Positions 12,708 through 26,390 of a stretch of 64,000 nt of DNA are shown one piece after another. The notes under the pieces are model-generated. The model worked only from the letters and a program-made list of their open reading frames with translations. It made no database searches and was not told the origin of the DNA. The position numbers and the translations under genes were made by a program. The DNA comes from Octopus sinensis (Eukaryota). Numbering within the stretch: the first letter of the stretch is position 1; each line of letters starts with the position of its first letter. The stretch is taken from NCBI RefSeq assembly GCF_006345805.1, contig NC_042999.1, positions 168,206,001-168,270,000 on the forward strand, written 5' to 3'.

Positions 12708-15700
12708 TAGTATGTTGTATGTATAGTATACTGAACATGTATATCGTGTGGACATTAGGTGTTTTGGCCAGTAGTTCAACACCTTGTCCACTTGATGGGC
12801 TTCACCTCTTTTCCTCTCTCTCTCTCTCTTTCATATATATATATATATGGTTGAGTTTAACAACTTTAAGTGTTGGTAGTATATATGTCAACAATCTCAA
12901 GCACACTTGTGGCCATTTTGGATGGAAACAAATTACATTAATTTCAAACAAAAACATAACTTTTTAAATATTGTGTCTAAGCACTTCTTTCATATTCTGC
13001 TGTGTCTGGGTAGGGTCATTCTCTTTTAGTGTCTTATACACACCCACTGGTAAAATTTCCATTCATTTACTTATTTATTTTTCCAAAATTTTCATTGTGT
13101 TTTGCAACCTTTTCAATAGTTGTTGAGTGTGTTAAATTATAAGGCAGCAAAAGAGAATGACTCTCCCCAGACACAACAGAATATGCTTCAACACACCAAC
13201 TCACATAAAGAATCTTGCAAACCAAATAACGAAACTGCTTTTATAGTTACATCAATTACTTTTGTCTTTAGCTTATCAGAAACTATACCCTTTTTGTACC
13301 TTTTAGGATTATCTTCCAAGCTAAACATGACAAAGTGTACTATTTCTGTGTACTGTCCTAAAATAACAATTGCAATATAAAACAGTTATATTCATTTTTG
13401 GGGATGGTCATATTTTGCCATTTCAACACATGCACTGTATGTTTGGTCTTTACTTCAGCTTCATTATTATTGTAATTGTTTCTTTGTCAAAGCTCTTTCA
13501 TCACACATCCTGTGACCTCTTGAGTGACTCTTTATCCCACATGTCTTCTCTTGTTCTCATTGGTCCATTTTCTCTTTCTGTGAATGTATCTTTATTCTTA
13601 TGTTAACCTACATCCAAATTTGAAAGACCAGTTGTTGAAATCTCTAAACACCTATATGAAGACACTTGAAACCTTAATAATAAAGCAGGAATTTAATATA
13701 AGTTCTTTACCAATGAACTTGTGAAATTAAAGATCCATTATTCTTCTCAGCAAAGCAGTCCCCCTCCCAATAGATTTTTATGTACTTTCAATTTGCCCAT
13801 ATACTAAAACAGTTTCTTACTCAAGTATCAAAATCTTCCATCATACAAATACAATCTAGTCACTAATATTCTATTCCAGTTATTTTATAATATAATAAAA
13901 CTATTACAAAGTAAAATATAAATCAATAGAATGGTGTACATGTGTGTGTGTGTTTTACATGGTTATAATAACTCTTTAACAATTTCAGTTTCAACACACA
14001 TGATCTCAGACCAAAGCTACTTTGCAAATAAATAAAATTTCCTAAATAATCTAAAAGAATCGGCTACTAATTACACTGTGTAACATTATTTTTGTCCTAG
14101 GATGGCAGCTGTTATTTCCTATTTGCTTACTTCTAGAAAGTATGAAAAATGACTAATGTTTCCTTCAAACTTTGCTTTTTGTTACAATATTTATTCAAAC
14201 ACCAAAGAATCCCTCTTAACCCATGGCTATGATGCTTCCTGCTACTCATGATCAGAAACATGATCAAGTGATTAAGCTCATGCAACTGACAAGCAAATCT
14301 GTGGTATTGAGCAGAATATTTGCTATAACAATATTTCTGCTTCAGCAACTCCGAGATGAATCTGTCTGAGATGTAATGGAAAATAGGTCAGTTTCAAAAC
14401 ATTGATGTCCAGGTCAACAAAAGCTAAATTTGAAGGGAATAGTCCTCATTTCCTTTGATTTCTAAATAGAAGCAAACAGGAAATAACACTTACTGACCAA
14501 AGACATTAAATAAATAAATTTTGTTAAACAGCATTATTTATAATAGTCTGCATTTCTAATTTCTTATTCAGAAATTTTATTACTATTAATTTATTTGAAA
14601 TACCTAAAACCGTTCTTGAAATGGCAGAGATTTCAGTAATATATAAAATTCAAATGTAGAAAAAAAGAAAAAAAAGAAAAAGGGAGTTAAATCATTTATT
14701 GTAAAAAAAAAGAAAAATGAAAAGAAATCATCTAAGTAATTGGGGAAAAGGTATACTTTATTGAATAATAAAAAATACTTAAGTGGAAATAATTCTTAAT
14801 ACTGAAGAAATATTTTATTCATAACATAGAACAACCTGAGTGGTATTTTACAGAGAGTGAAATAAATAATGACAATAAAACAATATAAAATTTTTATATA
14901 AAATACTTTAAACATTAACAAATTTTCATGAAAACATTAGGCAAAATAGTTCAGGCAAATGTCATTTGTAGGAAAAAATATAAAGTGGTTTCATTTAATC
15001 CAAACAAATATTAATCCCAGTATAATATTTAGATCTATGACTTAACAATATAGTATTATTAGAAGACAATTTAGGAAAAATAGCAAGACTGCATAAGGAT
15101 GTTTGTTTAATGATAGAATCACTCCATTACTTAAGATATTCTGAAGGTTTATTCCAGTTTTGGAAATAAGAATTCTCACTAGAGTGGTTTTACAATATTT
15201 TGAATTCATTTCAACAAGAAATGAAGGTAAATAATGAGAAATTGCAGGATACAAATGAAATCTGATGTATTTTTTTAATTACTTCCAGAAATCAATTCTA
15301 AACCAACTATAAATACAAGGCCTCAGAATTATAAAAGTAGGAAATAAGATTGTATGGTGCCTCTATTTTTTCTCAAGAGTATTAGCAGCATTAGTATAAT
15401 CAAATGGCTCCAAGTGAGTATTAAAATTAAACCGTAGACCCAGGTCATCTAGAACTTGTCACATTGCTCTGTAACTATATTATTATCAATATAGCATATG
15501 TAAGTAATAAATCATGAAATTGTAGAAAAGAATCCTGTGATTAGTAAGAACATTATAGCTATTGGTTGCTAATGAGAGTTATTTTAGTTTTCTATTTCAG
15601 ACATCAAAATCTGCTTTTCATCAGAGTTGAAATTATAATTCTGATATAAATTTACTTTCAGCCAAGAAAAGAAAAGAAATTAAACCTTAGTAAACTAATG

Positions 15701-15771
15701 TCATGAAAGAAAAAAGGTAATAGACCTTTTGTAAATATTTATATAATTATATGTCTGAATATCAAACAAAG

Positions 15772-15959
15772 GTATACATATATGTATACACACACATACA
15801 TATATATATAAACATACACACATATATATATATATATGTGTGTATACATATAAATATATAAACATACATACACACACACATATATATATATATATATACA
15901 TATAATAAATATATATATAAAAACATACATACATACACACACACATATATATAAACATA

Positions 15960-15998
<39 letters not shown>

Positions 15999-16081
15999 TA
16001 TATACATAAAAACATACATACATATATATATACATAAAAACATACATACATACATATATATATAAACATACATATATATAT

Positions 16082-16138
<57 letters not shown>

Positions 16139-16265
16139 AACATACATACATATATATATATACATATATATATATAAACATACATACATGTGTGTGTGTG
16201 TGTGTGTATGAGAGAGAGAGAGAGGTTAGAGTGTACTATGTACTCACAACACACACATACACAAA
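15772..16265. repeat. (TA)n/(CATA)n microsatellite block
   Basis: Read directly from the sequence. Confidence 0.92.
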
Positions 16266-16982
16266 CGTAACCTTTTGTCCATGAAAGAGTGGTTCACAAA
16301 GGGCAGTATTTCATGAAATTCAACAACCACAGTCAACAAGTATTAACTTGCATCCAACACGATAACGAGGTCAGCAGATGATAAAGAGCCATGGAAAAAA
16401 AATTGAAACACTGAAAATAAACAATTTTTCTTCAGCTCTACAAAGTTAAATTTTCAAAGTATTAAAATCACCATCTTTATTATTATGCTGTAATATCACT
16501 TTGAAGGGGGAAGGTGGGGGAGACAAAAGAAAGTAAGAATGAATACCAAATTATGAATATTATTTGCCAAAGAATACATGAAATATCAGAAAGAGATTTC
16601 AACCTAAATTTAGTTAAGGTTGCAGTGCTCTTGCATGGTCATATTTCACTTGTAACTAGAAAAGGGGTAGAAAGATTGGGAAAAGTTCTATTATCAGTAT
16701 ACGTTTTATGATCACTAATTTTAAGTGGAGTAGCAAAACAAGAGCATGATACATGTCTATACATGATGAGATGGGTTACTTATTTCATAAGATAAAATAT
16801 AAGAATTTACAATAAAAAAATATTCATCAAATATTAATTCTTAAAAAGTACAAAATATGAATAAATAGGGGGTGGGTGTTGAGAATCTAGTAATAAAATA
16901 TTCTTCAGTTGTTGAATCTCTTACCTGATCTGTGTCTGTGAAATATTATATATATAATTTAACAAAATACTTTCAGTTTATG

Positions 16983-17122
16983 TTAACCCTTTAGCATTTA
17001 AACCGGCTTTATCCAGCCAAAATATTCTACCTGTTTTATCTTTAAACCAGCCAGATCAATTCAAGACAAGGCAAATGAATAAGCTTTATATTTGACAGAG
17101 TAATCTGAATGCTGAAGGGTTA
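16983..17122. mobile_element. piggyBac-like MITE
   Basis: ttaa|ccctttagcattta ... tgaatgctgaaggg|tta. Confidence 0.45.
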
Positions 17123-19329
17123 TTCTTTTCATTGTCATCTAAACAAGTTTCAAGATTTAGTTATGCATTATTTCAATTAAAAATATTGAGTTACTGACTA
17201 GGGTAAGACAGACAGGATTTGTTAGTCTAGCTAGGGACAAGTGCCATACCTAAGTGCTGATGCTATAGTAAAATGCATCCACTATATTGTAAAGTGGTTG
17301 GTGTTTTGAAACAAAAAGAAAACCTAAATTGATATTTAAGTATGTCCTAATATCCATGAAGTCTTAATGCTACGTAATGAGTTCAAACAGAAAATTTGGG
17401 CATCCATGTCTTTCCAACAGCATTAGTGAAAAAATTTCAGTTAGAGTCAAGAAGCGTCATCAAGATAAATATTTTACATTTGCTTCTTCATGCTGGCATG
17501 GTTTGGACATGTCATCAAAAACTGATTCAATTCTTTTTTAGTATTACTACCTCCTAAATCAGTCAAGGAAAACCTTGTATGTTTCATTTTTAAGGCCAGT
17601 TGCTCTTTCTAATGCCAACTGTTTTAAAGAGTGCATAAGATGCATTTTGTAACACCTGCACTAGAGACATCCTGTCCATGGCAACACTAAAGAATCCTCT
17701 CTATCATACCCTAATCAACATCTCATTATTCATAATTAAAATAAGTCACGACTGAATCTTACAATTTAGAAACTTAACTCATTTAGATGACAATATCAGA
17801 TTAAGTTAAATTGAAAGTATATTTTTAAATGAATAAGGTTGAATTATATGCTTTAAGAAAATCTAATACAACATTTAACAGACACAGATCAAGTAAGAAG
17901 TTCAACAACTAAGGAATTAAAAAAACTTCACAAACATGAGCAAACTTTTTAATTGCAATATCTTTTAGAACTTCTCTGCCAATGTACATTATCAGAAACT
18001 CGTAAGGATACCTTCAAGATATTTTTTTTTAGTTAATTATGCATCCATTACCAACTAAAGTGGTACAGAGGTAAGAATTTGAAACTGATATCTTCTGGTT
18101 TCAATTATAAAATTTACCATTCTATTGTTCAAGTCCTAGATGACGTATTTTTCCCTCAGACATTAAGAAAATAAATATTGTTATCAACAGTCAAACATTG
18201 ACAATTGGTTTAGGAGTGTCTCGTCATATTATGGTGGGAATAGACAGAATATTTCAAATGATAATGTTTAATATTTGGAAATGAACAACAAATGTAATAG
18301 CTATTAATAAGTGGAATGGCTATAAAAACTGTAAATTAAATAAATGAGCAAGCTTTTCTACTATATCCCAAATAAATATTCAAACCAAGAATAGTATCCA
18401 AGTTACCAAAATTATTTAAACCTCCATAAGGCACTACATGGCTGAATGTATCTCACACAACCTATCTGTATAAATAAAGCAAAAATAAAGTTATCTAAGA
18501 CAGAAGCTAAAAGCTATATCAATTCATATAATAATGTAAATATAAAATTTATAGTACAATTAATATAAACACAATTTAATCAATAATCTTAAACAAAATG
18601 TTTATAAAACTGGATTCTGCTTATCTCTAACAAAAGTAAAACTAGGTCTCCTTTTAATTAATAAAAGTAATCACAAATATAAATCTTCACTCTAACAAGT
18701 ATAATTCCAATAATGAAAAAGATATATTAGGCATAAATGAAAGCTAACTTCAAAAATTTATATAAATAACTTTAAACTATCAATATAAAACAAATATTTA
18801 TTATGAATTGCTCAAAATGCAATTTTTTTATTTTAACTAGAATGAATCAATATATTAAAAAAAAAATTTGAGAAATGTTTAAATGTCAAAAATGTGTACG
18901 CATATAAGGTATATCTTAATCCCCTGATTGAGGAATGCATGACAGATATATAGTTTGTTCAAACTTATATTTGTCTCAATCTATCATGTAAAAAAATAGC
19001 AATACAAGCAGCAGCTAATCTTAAGATTAAAACCATAAGAATTATCTTTTTCATGCTTTTCTTTTTAAGCTTTATTTCATGGGATAAGCATAAACATCAT
19101 AAATTCCTAACAAGTGGATGCAGAATAAATTACTGAAGCCTAGTTTTCTAAATAAACCTTTTAATACATTTCGATGTAAATTTTATCAGATTCTCCATAA
19201 TTGATAATCTTTTTTAAGCTATTTATGTATATCTCACAGTAATTTTGATATAATATAGAAAGTAAAATTTCCAAAACTTACAATGATATTACTGAAACTT
19301 ATAAACTTTCTCTAGTATATATTTGATGG

Positions 19330-19360
<31 letters not shown>

Positions 19361-20137
19361 ATTAAAGTCTTAGCATCTCTGGAAGAAGATATTTATTTAT
19401 AATTGTATATTTGAACTCAAAATTAATTCAGAGCCTGATACTACAAAATTTGAATTTATGAGATTCAAACTACACATTGATCTTAAAGCTGCTTGCTTCA
19501 ATCAGGATTGAACAAGTTATTTATCGTGCTACAAGTGATTTAAACATTATACCCTGTAAATTCCTACATCATTCCCCAGATGTATAATTGTAGTACAACC
19601 TCAATTGTCAGCTTCGATTGATTTTATTAGATTTGTCAAAGATAAGAGGGACTAGTTTCAACTTGATTATTTTAATCTTTGGTACAAATTACAAATTATT
19701 TTTTCATTATGTTATTCACAATAACAAACAATATTTCCATGGGGACTAAGTATTATGTACAATTATTTTCACAGTCATAAATTCACAAGAATATAAAACT
19801 AATAGGCATATACAGTTAACTAGCATAGTACCCATCAAAAATGAAGGGTTTATATTTGGGTATAGGATATATTATACAAACGAAAATGTTGCATGATGGT
19901 GGTGTAGTGAAATCCATGATGTCTTATATGTCTACCATTAGATTTGAAAGAAGAACATAACAGCAAAAAGCAAAGGGATGTGGCAGTTGCTTCATCATGG
20001 ATAATACACAGGCAGTAGTAAGAATGGATTACACTGAGAGTGGAAAAATTGTCACCAGTTATTTAAAATATATGTAATTTTATATTTAAATATCATGCAT
20101 TTTTGAATCCACCAAAAAATCAGATTCACTGCATATA

Positions 20138-20430
20138 TATGGCTGTGTGGTAAGATGCTTGTTTCCCCACCACATGGTTCCAGATTCAGTCCCACTGCAT
20201 GGCACCTTGGGCAAGTATTTTCTACTATAGCCTCGCACTGACCAAAGCCTTGTGAGTAGCTTTGGTAGATGGAACCTGAAAGACACTCGTTATACATACA
20301 TACAGATATATGTGTGTGTGTGTATCTGTGTGTGTCTTTGTCCCCCACCACCACTTGACAACTGGTGTTGGTGTGTTTATGTCCCTGTAACTTAGCAATT
20401 GGCAAAAGAGACCAATAGAATAAGTACCAG
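20138..20430 (+). mobile_element. tRNA-derived SINE, older copy
   Basis: Diverged match to the head and body of the 2611 family. Confidence 0.75.
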
Positions 20431-21195
20431 ATTATTATGCACCAAGTTTGACAGTTGTTAACTCTAATATTTTATTCTGACAATTCTTTGTTTTACAACA
20501 TTGAAAAGTTACATTATCACTTTTTGAAATGCAATTCATGGTGTCTGATTTTATTGAGTTTTCTCTTGTAAATCAATTTTTGTGAACCCATGGATAAATA
20601 AAAAATTTGTATTGTTTATGAATATGAATTCCGTCATGGAACCAATGCATCCCAGACAGCTTGAAATATCAATAAGGTGTTTGATGAAGGTGTAGTGAAT
20701 GAGCACACTGTATGTCAATGGTTTGAGAGGTTCCGATCTGGCAATTTCACTCTTAAAAATCAGCCCCATGGTAGACCCGAGACCAAAGTTGAAAATGATG
20801 AGCTGGAAACTGTAGTGGAAGTGGATACATCTCAAACTATGTGTGAGTGAGCAGTAAGGTTTGATGTTTCAATTCCAACTCTGTTGGACTGTTTGAAAGA
20901 AATTGACAAGGTAAAGAAGCTGGACAAGTGGGTACCACATGAACTGAATGAGCATCAAATGACCCGTTATCTTGAAGCTTGCTGTTACAGCATAAAAGCA
21001 AACTATTTTTGCATCATACTATTATGTGTGATGAAAAATGGACTCAATAGCAAGCATTCTGCAAGGTGGTTGGATGGAGACAAAGTGCCAAAACACAATG
21101 CAAAAAAAAAAGAATATTCACCAAAAAAAGTTAATGGTGTTTGTTTGGTGGTCCAGTGCTGTTGTCATCCACTACAGCTTCATGAGACCTGGTAA
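20430..21195 (+). mobile_element. Mariner transposon remnant, truncated by a LINE
   Basis: YEFRHG...QWFERFRSG and WVPHELNEHQ motifs, with many stops. Confidence 0.82.
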
Positions 21196-21204
21196 GTAAA
21201 TTAG

Positions 21205-22278
21205 AAAGCAGGCAGTGGTGGCCAATGGAGCCACCTCCAAGGGAACACAAAGCACTGCTGTTCATAGTGGCCCTTTCAGACATGCCCTCAGTTGCTAAGA
21301 TGGCCACCCTTGCTAGCTATGCAGATGGCACAAAAGTCTTTCACACAATACAAAACCCTGAAAATATTGCACATCTGCAACAGGAGTTGGATACAATATA
21401 CAGGTGAGCTGAGGACAACAGTATGTAGTTTAATGTAGGTAAGTCCAGGCCCTGTGTTACCGGCACACAAAAGTAAACGACATGTAGACTGGATACACTG
21501 GCCCGGGAAGAATTGCAATCCCTGAGTCAAAATCAGTGCGTGACCTGGGCATTGACATGAGCAATGATGCATCTTTCCAAGAGCATATTGCCAATTTGGT
21601 AATAAAATGCAGATGGCTAGCTGGATGGATCCTCCGAACTTTCAGAACAAGAGAGAAGGAGACACTGATGGTACTTTGGAAGACATTTGTCCTCAGCCGC
21701 TTGCACTACTGCTCCCAACTATGGTCACCACACAATATAAAACTAACAGCAGAATTCGAAGCAATTCAGAGAAGCTACACAAAGAAGATCGTCTCAATGC
21801 AACATGACAGCTACTGGGAAAGACTGAAAGTATTAAAACTCTTCTCCCTAGAGCGAAGGCGGGAGAGATATGCGGTGATATACATCTGGAAAATCCTGGA
21901 GGGTCTTGTCCCAAACTTTGACATTCAAAATTACCCCAACCGCAGAACGGGGCGCCACTGCATGGTGCCAAAGATTCCAATATCACCATCAAAATAAAAG
22001 ACAAGATACTGCAACAGCTTGCGTTTCAGGGGACCACAGCTCTTCAATATCCTTCCTAAATGCCTGAGAGACTTGCATGGTGTGGATGTGGGTTTCTTTA
22101 AAACTAAGCTGAATCTCTTCTTGTCAGGGGTCCCAGATGAACCTACCTCACGACAGGAGACACAGATGCGGGCAGTGGCATCGAACTCCCTTATTGATCA
22201 AGTGCCACGTATCAGAGGTGGATTCACATTTTAGTGTAGCTCATTCAGTGGTGTTCAAGCTAAAACATTTTTAAGGAT
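21205..22278 (+). mobile_element. CR1/L2-group LINE 3' fragment (decayed)
   Basis: YADG(D)TK, RDLG, YCSQLWSP and SLERRRERY motifs, with stops and frameshifts. Near-identical to 38064-39215. Confidence 0.88.
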
Positions 22279-22279
22279 T

Positions 22280-22313
<34 letters not shown>

Positions 22314-22422
22314 CATAAATATACATATATATATATATATATACATATATATACATATATAATATTATATACAATATATATACATACTATATATACACAT
22401 ATATATACATACATATATATAC

Positions 22423-22459
<37 letters not shown>

Positions 22460-22477
22460 CATATATATACATACATA

Positions 22478-22515
<38 letters not shown>

Positions 22516-22696
22516 CATATATATATATATACAGATATATACATACATATATATATACACATATATATACACATATATATATACATATACATACACATAT
22601 ATATACACATATATATACACATATATATACATATATATATATACATATATATATATACATATATATATACACATATATATACATATATATATATAC

Positions 22697-22729
<33 letters not shown>

Positions 22730-23593
22730 CATACATATATATACATACATATACATATATATACATACATATACATATATATACATACATATATATATAC
22801 ATACATATATATATATACATACATATATATATATGTATATATATATACATACATATATATATAATACATATATATATATACACATACATATATATATATA
22901 TCATATATATATATACACATAATATATATATACATATAGATATATATACATACATATATATATACATACATTATATATATACATACATATATATACCATA
23001 CATATATATATATTATACACATAATATATATATACATACATATATATATAATACAATACATATATATATACATAACATATATATATATATACACATACAT
23101 ATATATAACATACATATATATATATATATAATACATATATATATACATACATATATATATATCATACATATATATATAACATACATATATAATATATACA
23201 CATACATATATATATACATACATATATATATACATACATACATAATATATACATACATATATATATATACATACATATAATATACATACATACAATATAC
23301 ATACATACATATATACATACATACATATAATACATACATACATACAACATACATACATATATACATACAACATACATATATACATACATACATATATATA
23401 TACATATCATATATATATACATAACAATATATATACATATACATATATATATACATATATATATAACATATATATATACATATATATTACATATACATAT
23501 ATACATATACATCTATATATACATATACATATATATATAATATACATATATATATAATATATACATATATATATACTATACATATATATATAC

Positions 23594-23672
<79 letters not shown>

Positions 23673-23819
23673 ATATACATATATATATTATATATATATA
23701 CATATATATATATTATATATATACATATATATATATAATACATATATATATATATATACACATATATTATATATATACACATATATATATATATATATAT
23801 ACATATATAATATATACAC

Positions 23820-23869
<50 letters not shown>

Positions 23870-23908
23870 ATATACATATCATATATATATATACATATAT
23901 ATATATAC

Positions 23909-23955
<47 letters not shown>

Positions 23956-24099
23956 CATATTATATATATACATATATAAATATATTACATATATAAATAT
24001 ATACATATATAATATATATACAATATATATATATACATATATATATAATATACATATATATACATATATACATTATATACATATATACATATATATATA

Positions 24100-24139
<40 letters not shown>

Positions 24140-24174
24140 CATCTGGCACCACATATATATATATATATATATAC
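22280..24174. repeat. 1.9-kb (TA)n/(CATA)n low-complexity block
   Basis: Read directly from the sequence; source of the spurious YI/CM ORFs. Confidence 0.96.
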
Positions 24175-24374
24175 GTCTGGCACCTGTGTCGGTGGCACAT
24201 AAAATCACCCACTACACTCTCGGAGTGGTTGGCGTTAGGAAGGGCATCCAGCTGTAGAAACACTGCCAGATCTGACTGGCCTGGTGCAGCCTTCGGGCTC
24301 CCCAGACCCCAGTTGAACCGTCCAACCCATGCTAGCATGGAAAGCGGACGTTAAACGATGATGATGATGATATG

Positions 24375-25200
24375 TGTTGTGGTTCAACCCGGCTTTCAAT
24401 TTGGCCGTAAAAACTAATATAGGTAAGGAATTCTTTAAATTAGTCTCTAGGCATTTTCAGTAGGACCATAAATTCTATAGAATATTTAATAGAAGAACCC
24501 TTAAGATTAGCTATTCTTGTTGCAGGAATTTCGCCTCTTACATTAGCCACCATAATAGGAATCTGATTGATATTAAGCATGGTGCCAATCCCCTTAAGAA
24601 ATGCAATTGTAAAGATGAATCCTCCTGTCCGTTGGAAGGGAAATGTCTAGTAAAAGGACTCGTTTATAGAGCCAAGGTGCAAATAGAAGGCTCATCGGAA
24701 TACAAGACCTATACAGGGGCTTTGGAAAATTCATTTAAAATGTGATTTTATTCGCATAAAAATTCATTTAGATAACCAGAAAATAGGAAGAGGACCAGCC
24801 TAGCAAAATATGTCTGGGAACTAAACTAAAGGAAACCCCACCTTTCAACGTGACATGGAGCATTCTAGACAGAGCGGCACCATACAGACACGGAGCACAC
24901 AAGAAAAATTTTAAGTGCAATCTTTGCCTGTTAGAAAAATTTTATATTTTATTCAAAGACAATAATTCTTTGAATCAAAGAAGTGAACTGTTGAACTCAT
25001 GCAGGCACACAACCAAATTTAAAATGTCAAACATAAATATCCCATATGGATAGAGTATATTTTGTCTTTTTGTATTTTTGAATTTTGAATTTTTGATTTT
25101 TGATTCTTGGACTAGTCTGTAATCGCACCTATGGATTTGTTTCGCGCTATGCAGATTTCATTCTGTATAGCAAAGTCTCGTGCATATATTTTGTTTATAT
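24375..25200 (+). mobile_element. Penelope-like element 3' fragment (GIY-YIG, Naiad-like)
   Basis: Translates to WFNPAFN..KTNIGKEFFKLVSRHF..IFNRRTLKISYSC..CNC...CPLEGKC...VYRA...YTG...CNLCLLEK...ELLNSCRH, with stops and frameshifts. Confidence 0.8.
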
Positions 25201-25211
25201 TTCTACATATT

Positions 25212-26260
25212 CCTTAGGAAAAACCTTCGACTTTTTATAGTGGCCCTCTCAGATATACCCTCAAATGCCCGGATAGCCACTCTGGCAAGCTATGCAGACG
25301 ATATGAAAGTCTCGCAGAAAATACAGAACCCCAGCTATGTTGCACACCTGCAGCAGGAGTTAGACTCAATCTACAGATGGGCTGAGGATAATAATATGCA
25401 GTTTAATGCTGAAAAATTCCAGGCCCTGCACTACCAGCATCCAAAACTGAATATTAAACTTACAGGATCCGGTCCACAGGGAATTTCAATCCCAGAGCCT
25501 AAGTCTGTGAGGGACCTGGGTATCGACATGAGTGAGGATACCTCTTTCCAAGTAATCATTACCAGGATGGCGACAAAGTGCAGACGCCTGGGTGGATGGA
25601 TCCTAAGAACATTCAGAACCAGAGATAAGGTAACCATGATGGTCCTCTGGTGGACATTCGACCTCAGCCACCTGGATTACTGTTCACAGCTATGGTCACC
25701 CACCAGTGTGAAATTAACAGCGGACCTTGAAGCAATCCAGAGAAGATTCACAAAGAAAATCGTCTCTTTGCAACAGCTCAGCTACTGGGAAAGGTTCAAA
25801 CAGCTAAGACTCTACTCCCTGGAGAGAAGACGGGAGAGGTATGCAGTAATATATGTCTGGAAGATCCTGGAAGGAATTGTACCAAATTTTGGCATTGTAA
25901 GCTACACCAATGCTAGAACGGGACGACACTGCATAGTGCCAAAGATCCCAGCAATGCCATCACACTTCAGGACCAGCTTCTGTAACAGCCTGGGTTTCAA
26001 GGGCCCACAGCTTTTTAATATTCTCCCAAAGAGTCTGAGGAACTTGCACAAAGCAGATGTAGCGATTTTTAAATCAAAGCTGGACCTCTTCCTGTTGAGA
26101 GTCCCAGATGAACCTACCTCATGGCAAGAGGTGCAAATGAGGGTAGCTATATCAAACTCCTTTCTTCACCAAGTGCCACATATTAGAGGAGGCTCTTAGT
26201 AATAACAGTGTAGCACAAAACGGCGGTGCATCAGCATGGCCGCAGCTCTGAGCTGAAACA

Positions 26261-26262
<2 letters not shown>
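25212..26262 (+). mobile_element. CR1/L2-group LINE 3' fragment (related subfamily)
   Basis: YADDMK, RDLG, DYCSQLWSP, LYSLERRRERY; tail cagcatggccgcagc. Confidence 0.88.
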
Positions 26263-26292
<30 letters not shown>

Positions 26293-26341
26293 CATATATA
26301 TATACATATATACATATATACATATACATATACATATATAC

Positions 26342-26388
<47 letters not shown>

Positions 26389-26390
26389 CA

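Noticed and set aside
22271-24338. Many long Y/I/C/M-rich ORFs (also 15701-16254 and 27765-28070)
   Set aside because: Artefacts of (TA)n/(CATA)n microsatellites.
24740-24750. In-frame TGA in the Naiad-like fragment as selenocysteine
   Set aside because: It falls where Arg is expected (FKxR..H), fitting CGA>TGA decay, and the copy has other stops.
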